In this document: positions 14,620 to 25,110 of the stretch, one piece after another
Numbering within the stretch: position 1 is the first letter of the stretch
Layout of the letters: every line of letters begins with the position of its first letter
Source of the DNA: Azolla caroliniana
Taxonomy: Eukaryota; Plantae; Polypodiophyta
Assembly (NCBI GenBank): GCA_043228905.1
Contig: JBHGNT010000011.1
Location: 20,212,001 to 20,276,000 of the forward strand
Length of the DNA: 64,000 nt
Direction: 5' to 3'
Made by a program: the position numbers and the translations under genes
Notes under the pieces: model-generated
Database searches by the model: none
The model's input: only the letters and a program-made list of their open reading frames with translations
What the model was told of the DNA's origin: nothing

Positions 14620-15440
14620 ATTCCTTCTAAATGGCACAAGTCCAGAGAGAAAAAAAGCCTTACATGCAATAGTTGCAGAATGACAACATGGTTGCTACAT
14701 TGAGAAAAGTTGTGCATACAACCAAAACTCTGGAAATAACATAACAAATCAACTTATAACTCTTTATGTGCATAATTCTAGAATGAAGGATAAATATGCC
14801 ACAATTCCAAAACGAAATGGAAACATTAATGACCTTCCTTAAGGCTTACGTGCCACAATTCCAGTGCAAAATAAAACATATGGCCTTTCTTTAGGCCTTC
14901 ATGCACAGTTCCCGAATGAAAAAGTAAACAATGGCCTTCCTTTATATGCCACAATTCCAAAATGGAAAAGGAAACATACGGCCTTCCTTATGTTGTGATT
15001 CCAGAATTAAGAGGAAAAACTGCCCTAATCTGAAACTTTGGAAAAAAAAACCCATGAATCACACCATATCATTAGACTAGAAAATATGCAGCCATTCTTA
15101 TATACCACAATTCAAGAATGAGAACAACCCATTAGAAAATATACAGCCATTCTGATATACCACAATTCAAGAATGAGAACGACCCATTATATTCTACAAA
15201 TTCAGGATAAAAAGACCCTTCTTTTATATGCCACAATTGCAAAATGAAATGAATAATATGTGCCACAATTCCAGCATGAAGAACAGGTTATAATGATAAG
15301 AAAAGTGGGACAATCAAGTGGTATGATATGGCTTTCCGAATAATCCATAATTCAAGTATGGCAGAAAAACAATACGGCATGATTCAGAACGAAACAATGT
15401 CATATGGCATATTCCCTCAAAATGGCACAATTTCAAGGGA
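14620..15440. repeat. Degenerate ~45-bp minisatellite array, right half (same family as 7800-8655)
   Basis: About 15 copies of an ATGCCACAATTCCA-type core (e.g. near 14796, 14850, 14946, 15102, 15157, 15228, 15260), including a near-exact ~55-bp duplication at ~15080-15190. Confidence 0.88.
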
Positions 15441-15525
15441 ATGAAGCAAAAGTTTATTACAAAGTGAGGAAAAGAGGTTCACATACCTTTCAAAAAAACT
15501 CTGAGATGGAAAGGAAATAATATAT

Positions 15526-15951
15526 TTACGCTTCCTCTTTTTCAGCATCAGCAGAAGACGTTTTTCCTGAACCATCGCGCCATGAGCGTTTGGTAGGGAC
15601 TCTCCGCACAGCTGCATCACTTTCTGTTTCATTCTCATCGTACGAGTCGCCGTAACGCCTACGGAATCGAGCAAGCTGACCCTCTCTCTCTTTGGCCTCT
15701 TCTTCCTGAGCGAGGCTCCGGAAGCGCTTGTCGCTCTTGTAGATGCGAGGAGTCAGGACCTCCCAAAGCCTGCCGTCTGGAGAAACAATCTTCATGATCT
15801 GGAGAGCAGGCTGGATCCCCTTCTTCATAACTGCTTTGCTTCTGTGTTCCTTTCCCGCCCGGCCCGACCTTCCTGTCGTCCCTTTCTTCCTGCCTGTTTG
15901 TCGTCGTCGTCTATGGCTTAAGCCTGTTTCTGCGTCGTGGTATGCTTCCAA
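15526..15951 (-). other. CpG-rich orphan ORF or putative exon (basic, charged, 141 codons), possibly TE-borne
   Basis: Open frame with a TTG start; first ATG is at MKKGIQPALQ. Ends at a possible GC|GTAAAT donor next to the minisatellite. No recognisable domain. Confidence 0.3.
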
Positions 15952-17419
15952 GGTTTAGGATTTTCTTTATTTCCCCAAATGCCCTTCGCCTTCCTTTCTT
16001 CTTTTTCTCTTTATTTACCATGGATGCCCTCTCCACCTTTCTCTTTTGCTCTTCGTGTTCTCTTTATTTTCCTCGCATGCCCCTGGCTGTCCCCCTCACC
16101 TTATCCTACTTACGGACATATCCGACGACCAAATTTACATCGGCCATTCTCATCCCTCTTCCTATCTTCCCGTAAGTTTATCCATGAGCATCCATCCGGA
16201 GATCTCCGGAAAACCCGATGATAGGTCCAAGAAGTTAACGGAAAATCGAAACCAACCATATTGGTCAAGAGTTTAACTCTTGGCATTTGAGGAAATGATA
16301 GAAACTTCATGCCAATTGGGGAATATCACCGATCACCAACCATGCCCGTCCATCTTTTCTCTCTTGAAGAGTTAAACTCTAGGCATATGAGGAACTGATA
16401 AAAACATGATGGTAGTTGGGTAGTATCACCAAAAACCAAGCAAGAGTCTATGGTCAACTCATCCTTTTTTACTCTCTTTTGAGGGTTTACCATCAACAAT
16501 TGATGAAATAATGGAAACCTAGTGACAAATGGGTAAAAACAAAAGACCAAACAAATCATTTTATCAATTCATCCCTTTTTCTTCTCATTTTCGAGTTAAC
16601 TAATGGCATTCGAGTAAATAATGAAATTCCAACATTAGTTGGGAACATAACGAATTTATTGTCCCAATATGAGGTAGAGTTATGTCGTCTAGTATTACAA
16701 CACTTGAGAGGGTTAACCTTACCATATTGCTGCTAATGACGTAGTGATGATAGCAAGGGTTGTAAGGTTTGTAAGGTTTGTATTATCATCTTGTTTCAAT
16801 AGAAACATACATGTACTAGAGAGATAGAGATAGATGGATTCTATTATCGTCTTCAGATGTCAAATAGCATCTATGAGACCAAAAATATTACATTTCATGT
16901 AATACATGTGCAAGTGAGTAACAACTCTCGATGTTCAAGAACTTTGCCAATGATTGTTGCAATCAAGAGGGCACATTGTGGTTATTGCCAATGGAATCCA
17001 ATGTAAAACATTCTCACATAGTATGCATCAATGTTCAAGATTTTTGGCTAATGAATGTTTCAGTTGTGAATGCACATTGTCATCGTGAGAGAAATGTGTT
17101 TAGGGATTGCACAAGTTTGACAATGCATGGAAGCCAAACTTAAATACAATAGACAATAGGAAAAATTGTATCAAAGTGTGATACTCCAACTCACAAACTT
17201 GTTTATGGCAAAAGATGCAGTCACTGTGTCCCATTGCTTATGAATACACGCTAAGTCGTTTGAACACAACGATGAAGTTGATAGACAAATGAACATACTC
17301 TAACATGTACCAATGAGTGTGTTTTTACCGTTTGGATAACAATTTGGGTTGGTAGTTTGGTGCAACATATATGGCTTAACGCGATAATTGTGAACCTCCA
17401 CATATTTCCTAGGGCTAGC

Positions 17420-17620
17420 ATACATCAACATTGCAAAAATGCCTTATTTATGGAGAAATGTGTCGATTCATCATAAAGCAAGTGTAATGCATCGCATATT
17501 CGAAACCACTTCTTTGAATATTGAACTAGAGCAAGAAAAAACTCCTTAGAGAACTCTATGCAATGTGTAAATTTTGTGTATTTAAGGTAGCCTTGGCTTA
17601 TGGCAAGTTTCAATACCCAT
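17420..17620 (-). pseudogene. Possible decayed hAT (ZNF862-like) transposase fragment
   Basis: Translation ...RICDALHLLYDESTHFSINK resembles the hAT 'DESTD.S' first catalytic-Asp motif; flanks are heavily degraded. Confidence 0.3.
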
Positions 17621-18161
17621 TTATCAAGAAATTATAATTTGGGAGGATTCTCTTTATTGATAGTTAAGCCACATGATTAAGTGGGGAGTTGCACATATGA
17701 TGCATGGGGGACATTCTACGTTCTTGCAAGTATCACAAGAGGAGGCCATTCTCCAACATGATGCATGTTAGAACGTGCTTGTTATGTAGGTATGATCAAT
17801 TGCAATGGATGCAACGAGTTCCATGAGTTATGTAGACCTTTGCCACTTATTAAACTAAGACAAGCTCATTGCATGACACAAAACATGTGGGCGGATCAAA
17901 TTCAGATTTGATGGGAGTTAAATAACACTTCGAACTAGTGACCAAGGATAGTTTGATAAGGGCCACGTGTTGGAATTAATTGAAAGATTAGGCAAATCCA
18001 TGGAGAAAGCATTGACAAATGGTAACTGTGGATAATTGGTCAAACGAGAAGACTTATATATCTTTGCACATGTGAAAATTTTAGAATGGTTTTACAAAGT
18101 CTTCAACAAATTTCCAAAGGTTGCACACATCTACAACAACAAAAGTATCCAAGGTTGTTGT

Positions 18162-18690
18162 ATACAACACAAGGCTTAAACAAAGCAAGATCATTGATCC
18201 ACGATAATTGTTAGTTAAGGGGACAATGTCCGAGTGACATAAGGCTTAAACAAACGTCAAGGTACCAAGGGGGTCAAGGGTAGAGTTTGAATATGAATGG
18301 ATGTATGTAGAAGGCATGGCTTGGAGAATGAAGAGGTCTTCGAGCAAGTGGACGATCAAGGTAGGGCAAGGCAAGACAATATAGAGACGCAAGCACAAGG
18401 GGTGGGGTGGGGGGAGACTTCAAACGAGGGCATTACATACAACACAAGGCTTGAACAAAGCAAGATAATCGATCCATGACAATTGTTAGTCAAGGGGACA
18501 ATGTCCGAGTGACACAAGGCTCATACAAACCCTAAACCAAGGGGGCCGAGGGTAGAGTCTGAATATGAATGGATGTACGTAGAAGGCATGGCTTGGAGAA
18601 TGCAGAGGTCTTCGAGCAAGCGAGCGATCAAGGCAGACCAGGACAGGACAACACACGAGACGCAAGTACAAGTTGTGGGGGGGGGACAAG
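18162..18690. repeat. Tandem duplication of a ~275-bp unit (18162-18436 and 18437-18690) upstream of the RRM gene
   Basis: Both copies share CAACACAAGGCTT..CAAAGCAAGAT, GGGGACAATGTCCGAGTGACA, GAATATGAATGGATGTA and GAAGGCATGGCTTGGAGAATG. Confidence 0.92.
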
Positions 18691-18759
18691 CGAAATGAAA
18701 GGTTGGGAGAGCAGAAAGAGAAGATAAGGGTGTGTTTGTGTGTGAATGAAATGAAGTGA

Positions 18760-19010
18760 AAAGTTTTGGGGCCAGGCAGAAGCCAAAAAAATTAGATATT
18801 TGTGTGTGTGTCCTTTTCTGCTTCTTTTGTTTAGTGAGTAGGAGGAAGAAGAAGAAGAAGAAGAAGAAGAAGAGAGAGAAAGGCTTTTAAGGGAAGGCGA
18901 GGGTTTAAGCGACATAAAACAAACTATGGCGGATTCTCCTCCTCTCTTCTTCTTCTTCTAGGGTTTCTCTCTTTGTCTCTCTGTCTCTCTGTCTCTGTGG
19001 AACTTCCCAC
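18760..19010 (+). promoter_or_regulatory. Proximal promoter/5'UTR: (AAG)n tract, telo-box (TAGGGTTT ~18959-18966), CT-rich leader
   Basis: Motifs seen directly. The telo-box is an established element of plant RNA-processing and translation genes. Confidence 0.45.
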
Positions 19011-22000
19011 ATGGCGTCCTCCGACTCAATCTCCATATCTCCCGCTGCCGACCCCTTCTCTACATCTTCTGCTGATAACCACCCCCACGCTCACCCCCAT
19101 AGCTTGCAATCTCCTCTTACCCCCGCCGCTGTCAGCGAATCCAACAATGGTGGCCCTTCCATGCGATGGAAGAGCTACACAGCCACGAAACACAGAGAAA
19201 TCTCTGCTACGGAATGTACTAACGATAGATCAACGGTAGCTTCACCTCCCAATCTCATTCCCCCAGATATCATGAACTCTAAAGGTAAGCTCGTCATTAA
19301 TTTGTGCGGAATTCCTCGGTCTGTCATGAAGCAATCGTCTGTTTCTGCTACTGCTACTACTACTACTACTACTACTACTGCTGCCTCTTCTTCTTCTTCG
19401 TTGAAAATGAAAGGAACTTTGGAAGATAAAGATGTTCTTGATATAATGAAAATGAAGGTGTGTGAAGCAAGTACTAGTTCCACAGAAGGAATTAAGCTTC
19501 CCCACAGCCTCGGTGAAGACACTCAGAATGACATGAAATTGTTGAATGAAGTTCAATGTCCTTCCTCAGAGCAGGGGTTACTAGAGACGAAACTTCGTTC
19601 TAATAATGTTCAGGTTAGTGGATTAACTAGGAAAATGTGTCGAAGAATAGAGAAAATTCAGCGTTCTGTTATGAATTCTGAAAATACAAGCAGTAGAAGC
19701 TCACAAACTATAGCTGCGGTTTTAATGAGCCAATCCAAGAAGAAGAAGAAGAAGAAGAAACATTCTTTGCAAACTAACGCAAGTTTGAAATCCGAGTTGA
19801 ATGTGGAAACTAACAAGAATATTCTTACTATTGGTAAAGTCCAAGCAGGTGAGTTTAATGGAGGTTTGGAGGATCCTGTTGTTGAGGTAAAGTTGGATGC
19901 TTCTAGAAGTACAAGAGATTCTAGTCTCACAAGGGATCAATTAGGACAATTTGATAACATTAATGGGGAGTTCACTGCTTCTAGAAGTACAAGATATACC
20001 ACTCCTGCAAAGGATCAACTGGAGCAATATAATAACATTAATGTGAAGTTTGATGCATCAATGTATGATAATCATGAGCTTGATGATGGGATAACGAAAG
20101 GAATGAATGATAATCGAGAGCTCGGTGATGGAATCATATCGAAAGAAATGAAAGAAGAGGACTTAGTTTCAAAGGATGTTATGACAAAGAGTTTCAGCAA
20201 AGTACGAAGAAATGCAAAGAGTGATGGTGGTGGATTTTCGGAAACATCTAAATTGGACATGAAAGAACAGACTGTATTAGAAACATTGCTTCGTGATGAA
20301 CCTGCAGGGTATAGCTCTGCTGGAGGTTCTGAACGGAGTCGCAGCTACAAGAGTGGATCAAAAGCTATGAAAGCAGAATTGAGTTTTCATGGGGATGAGG
20401 ATGAGGATGATGACGATGAAAGTGCTGATGCAGAATCGGAGAGGAAAGGTGATGCTGAAGGAAACCAAAGTGACGAATATGAAGATCCTGATACATATAC
20501 AAGTCAGAGCCGTGAGTATGATGGGGAAGAAGAATATGATGGCAATGGTCTCAGTGGAAGTACTCAGAGAACTACTAATGGCAGGGGAGCATACTTTAGT
20601 GAGCAAGTCATTCCATCAGTGCTATGTGATGCTGAAGGTATGTGAAACATTCATATATATATATATATATGTGAGTTGCTATCTATGGATGTTCATATGT
20701 ATAGATATATAGCTTATATAACTCACTGCTTTTATTCATTTGTTTGTTCTTTTATCTTGCCAGGAAATATGTGGCACATTGGGAAAAGGGCCGAGCAAGC
20801 CAGAGGAGCTAGAAAACCTAGAGAACTCCCTGCTTCAGGGGAGAAAAAGTTGCATGGATCGAGTAATCGTAAGCAAGAGAGCATTGAGGTACTAAAGCAT
20901 GATGATTTGCACGTACATCCCCCATCATCTTTATCATCAATTGCTCCTTTCAATCATCTAATAGAGACCACTTGGAAGTGGCCCTCAGATTCAGATTATA
21001 CAATCAAACCAATTGGAGATGTTTCTAGTAGGTCAATGGTAGCCAAAGAAAGATCAGTATTTGTAGGCTGCATACCAGATGGAACTGAGAATCTAGAGGC
21101 AGTATTGCACAATCTCATGGGAGAGTTTCTTGAAAGGTTTGATTTTGCACCTACAACTCTTGGTCAAATTCGACTAGTCAAAATAGGGAAAGACTATGCA
21201 TTTCTAGAGCTTGCCACAGAGAAAGTGGCCCATATTGTCCTTGCTGCCAATCAACTTGATGTCTTTGAGTGGGGGGTAAATGGATTTCATTTCAATATTG
21301 AAGGATGCAAGGGTACCCATACTTCTGTAAGACCTCTCATTGAATACATGCCATTGAAGCCAGGTAGAATAATTTTTGTCGGTAATATACCTAAGTCTCA
21401 TTGGAAGAAAGAATATTTGGAAGTCTTTTTCACTAGACTTCTACAGGCTTCAGATGGACCAGCTGAGTCAACTTTTGTAACTTCAGTCTTTCTTCTGCCT
21501 GAGTCATGTGATGCCTATGTAGAGTTATCTTCAGAAATGATGGCTGATTCTGTTATTTTCAAATGTACAAAGATTCCACAACTTCTGAAAGACATAGGGG
21601 AGGATGTTTTTATTTGCCGTGATCCAAGCTCTGTCCCTCTTATGTCTAAGCATAAAGGTGGTATATGTCCACAACGCTCTTTGTTTGTTGGTATATCTTC
21701 ACCATGTCAAGGGTTCAAAATTGATGCTGTGAGGAAGATATTTGAGGAAATTTTACCAGTAATATCAAGGGAGACTAACCAACCAGGTTATCTTGAGTAC
21801 ATATCTGTTCAACCAGGAAAGGATTATGCATTCTTTCAATTCAATTCAGAGGCCATTGTCGACGCAGTGATGGACGAGTACATCGAAAATACGCAGATAT
21901 TCACATCAAACAGCAATTCTTTGTCTTATATCATCCTCCGACCTCCTGGCTATGTGCGTCCAGGGGCAAAATATAGTTGTGGTAGCAACTATTCTGGTGG

Positions 22001-23225
22001 GAAGAGCAAGGGTATGTGCGTTCAGGGCCAATTTAAAACAGTTGATAGGAAGAAAAATATGGTGAAGCTACCAGGGTCTATCCAGTTAATTCCTCGAAGA
22101 TTTGGAGATGAGCCAGCAAAGAAAGCTGATTGTGTGATGTCGATTGGTGCTTCACCGTTACCTTTGGCTTCTTGGAATGGCCTCTCTTCTGCAGGGGCTG
22201 TTGCAACCCATCCAGATTGTATGATTGTTGTTGAGGGTCTTCCTAAGGGCCTTAGCTATAAGCTTCTTCGTGGTGCTCTGAATGAGCTGTTTGAGAGATC
22301 TCTTCGAGGTAGTGGTTTGCTTGAAGTTGGATTGCTTTTGTTAAGATATCTTGATAGGGATGGTGATCTTGATGTGGTTGCTAGCTTACCGAGTGCGAAG
22401 TTTGTTAGAGTTTTGCTTTCGATGAGGAAGATCTTTACCATAGCTGGAAATGAGGTCAGATTATTGCCCAAAGGTGGGGCAAAGAGAGTGAATTGGAAAG
22501 GTAATCCTGCTGATTGCCTAAGAAGCCAAGGAGACCTTTCTTGCTTGACCGATGATGAAGGTAATATGCAAAGAGAGGCTTCTCGATATCCTCAACGTGG
22601 CCTTTCCTATCCAATCAAGAGGAAGAAGGGACATTCAAAAGGTTCCATTTATTCTCATCTTATTTCAGACCGCACTGTAAGGAGGAAAGGGTTTGGGTTA
22701 TTTGCTAAAGAGGAACAGTACGAAGAAGAAAGCACAAGAAACAGCAACATTTCTGCCCAGTGTAAGAAAGGTAATAAACAAGAGAACAAAGTGAGGTTGC
22801 AGCAGCGATGGAGTGGCCTTAGAGACCGATACAAAGCATTGTCGTCGTCATCAAGGCCTATTATTGTTAAACAGCCAACAAAGGTAATTACAGTTTCACA
22901 TCAACAGAATCATGGGATAAGTCCAAGAGTAAAAATGTTAGGTGTTTGTGAAAGCTCAATGATGTCAAGGCCTCGATGTAGAAGTATTTTGCGAGTTAAT
23001 GGAAGTGGGCAGAAAGCAATAGAAGAAGTTCCTAATGAGATTTTGCGTATTATTAGTGCTGGAGGTAAAAGAAAGATCCAGTCTCTGGATACTCAGCCTG
23101 TTTTAGGTAACAAAGGTACTACTCCTGTCTTTGGTATGGCTAACAAGAGAAGAAGGCTCTTACAACAGAAACCGGCATTTACCCAGAACAGGCTTAGTAT
23201 TAGGAACCGATCTTCATTCTGCTGA
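19011..23225 (+). CDS. Uncharacterised ~1362-aa protein: disordered N-terminus, four divergent U2AF65-RRM1-like domains, basic C-terminal tail; exons 19011-20637 and 20764-23225
   Basis: Two long ORFs joined in phase 1 by a 126-bp GT-AG intron (GAAG|GTATGT ... TTGCCAG|GA). RNP2/RNP1-like motifs: SVFVGCIP/KDYAFLEL, IIFVGNIP/DAYVEL, SLFVGIS/KDYAFFQF...ILRPPGY, MIVVEGLP. NLS-like KKKKKKK and KRRR stretches. Confidence 0.85.
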
Positions 23226-24719
23226 GTGTTGAATATATAACCTTATAATGTCAAATCCTTTCTTTAGAGTATAGTCAAGTTTTATGTATCTAAACTTTCA
23301 GATTGACTTGTCTTGTCAAAATATACATTCAAGTTTTTCTTTTTCCATGTCTGACCTAGAAGTGTTTCTCGTTACAAGGAAAGGAGAAGGGTTTTTGGGA
23401 TTTCTGGAATGTTAAGCCATTTGTGAAAATAATCTTTACTCGTATGTTTTGCCAAACTGATAGAATTTATTGATAAAATTATTGGATACGGCGGAGTAAG
23501 TGGTCAAGAGTTGCTTAGTTTTTGGAGCAACTGACATAATGCGATGTTCATTGATAATCTTTGTGATTTTCATGGTGTTTAAATGACGAACAATGTCATG
23601 ATTTATTCCATTACAATTATCATTCATTGTGGAATGCCGTTTATTTAGATTTGTTTTGTGCAATCAAAACCGAAATATCACATTTCTTTTACAGAAGAGT
23701 ACAATTGGTGTAGGGATCCCCTTCACTTGTAGCATGCCACAACAATCTCTCTTTGAAAGTGTGTCTAGAAACCTATAAATTTGGTCATTGGTTGAGAAAC
23801 TTGACGTTGAATATATTGGAAGGGAAATAGCAGTATTTGGCATCTTGGAAATGATTTAGAGAGCAACAAATTTTACCTACATCTGCTAAAAAGCAATGCT
23901 TTCATCTATGTTGTCGGTTTTCAATGTGCAATGCTTGCTGCCCCATGTCTCTCCAAATATATTCCTTCCATTATGAGAGCAATAATATTAAGGCAAAGAA
24001 TGAAACCTTGCAAAGCTTGATGGAGCACAATCTTGAGTGTGGAAGGGGGCAATTGATCCGACTAATTCAATGCTCATAGCTGAATAAGAAAATCAAAGAC
24101 AACTAGAACAAATGTTAACAATAACATGGATAAGGTGTTTGTTGAGGTTGACATCATTTGGGACGAAAGTGAGAGTTCGACTTAGCAAGATATTTGACAA
24201 AGAGTTTCGTCCATAGGTTTGTGTGACCTCTAGTAGGTGAGGACAAGGACGTTACCTAGAAGCTAAAGTCAAAGATTGTGCTAGCAAGTGATTGGCTTGT
24301 GAGCAATAAAATTAACCTAAATTGGAATATCAACCCATAATATACGCAAGGGAAGGGTTGATGAGAACCACAATGGGTGATGGAGTTCATTGTTGGGTAG
24401 CTAAGTTTGGAAGAAAACTCGAGTTAAGGGAGTTTTATTGGCCCCTCTACAATGCATTAGAAAGATGTGTCATTAAATTTGAAGTCTAAATCTTCATGTT
24501 CATTGTAAACCAATGATAGAGGACACACTCCTAAAGGTAATAAAAAATCGAGATTGAGCATAGGCCAAGGCATTCCTAGAAAGGCTGGCGCCCTCTTTGT
24601 TCACAAAAGAATAGAGATATCCCGCGGGAGAATGTCATATCCATGCCGTGGTAACAAAAGTCAATCACAACAAGCTAGGGTAACCGGGGTGGGGGATAAA
24701 AAGAATCAAGGGACTTAAT

Positions 24720-25020
24720 GGTAGAGGGAGGCATTCTTCCCACCAGAAGCATTCTTCCCACCAGTAGCAGATGTGCTATAGTCAATGGATGGTACTTGTG
24801 GACATGGTAATTGCTCACATGATACATGAATGGGCATCAAAGCAATAACAACAGAAAGGACCAATGCGTTGGGATAGCTTCTTCGCAAGTGGCCGACAGA
24901 TCGGGTGTGGCCTTATTTATATACTAGACCTCAAAGCAATAACAGGAAGGGCCAATGCCCGGGTATAACTTCTTCTCTATTGGCCTATAGACCGGGTGTG
25001 GCCTTATTTAGATACCCTAT
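24720..25020. repeat. Short tandem duplications in the promoter: 18-bp GCATTCTTCCCACCAG pair and a ~95-bp CCAAT-containing pair
   Basis: 18-bp pair at 24731-24768. AAGCAATAAC...CCAATG...CGGGTGTGGCCTTATTTA occurs at ~24840-24925 and ~24933-25015. Confidence 0.85.
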
Positions 25021-25110
25021 GATTGATCCATACCCAACCTTTCACCCCACAGAAAGCAATTTAAGAAGTTTTCAAATATTTGAAGGCCCGCAGCGCAGAA
25101 AAAATCGAAG

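Noticed and set aside
14620-15440. Repeat-plus-variable-spacer look, superficially CRISPR-like
   Set aside because: Repeats are degenerate, the 'spacers' are related to each other and variable in length, there are no cas genes and the context is eukaryotic: it is a minisatellite.
16195-16226. Palindrome as a Helitron 3' hairpin
   Set aside because: Followed by ATAG|G rather than CTRR|T, and no Rep/helicase remnant or 5' TC end was identified.
20676-20763. N-terminus of the 849-aa ORF as an independent gene start
   Set aside because: It is intron sequence (TA repeat, polypyrimidine tract, CAG acceptor); the ORF joins exon 1 in frame.
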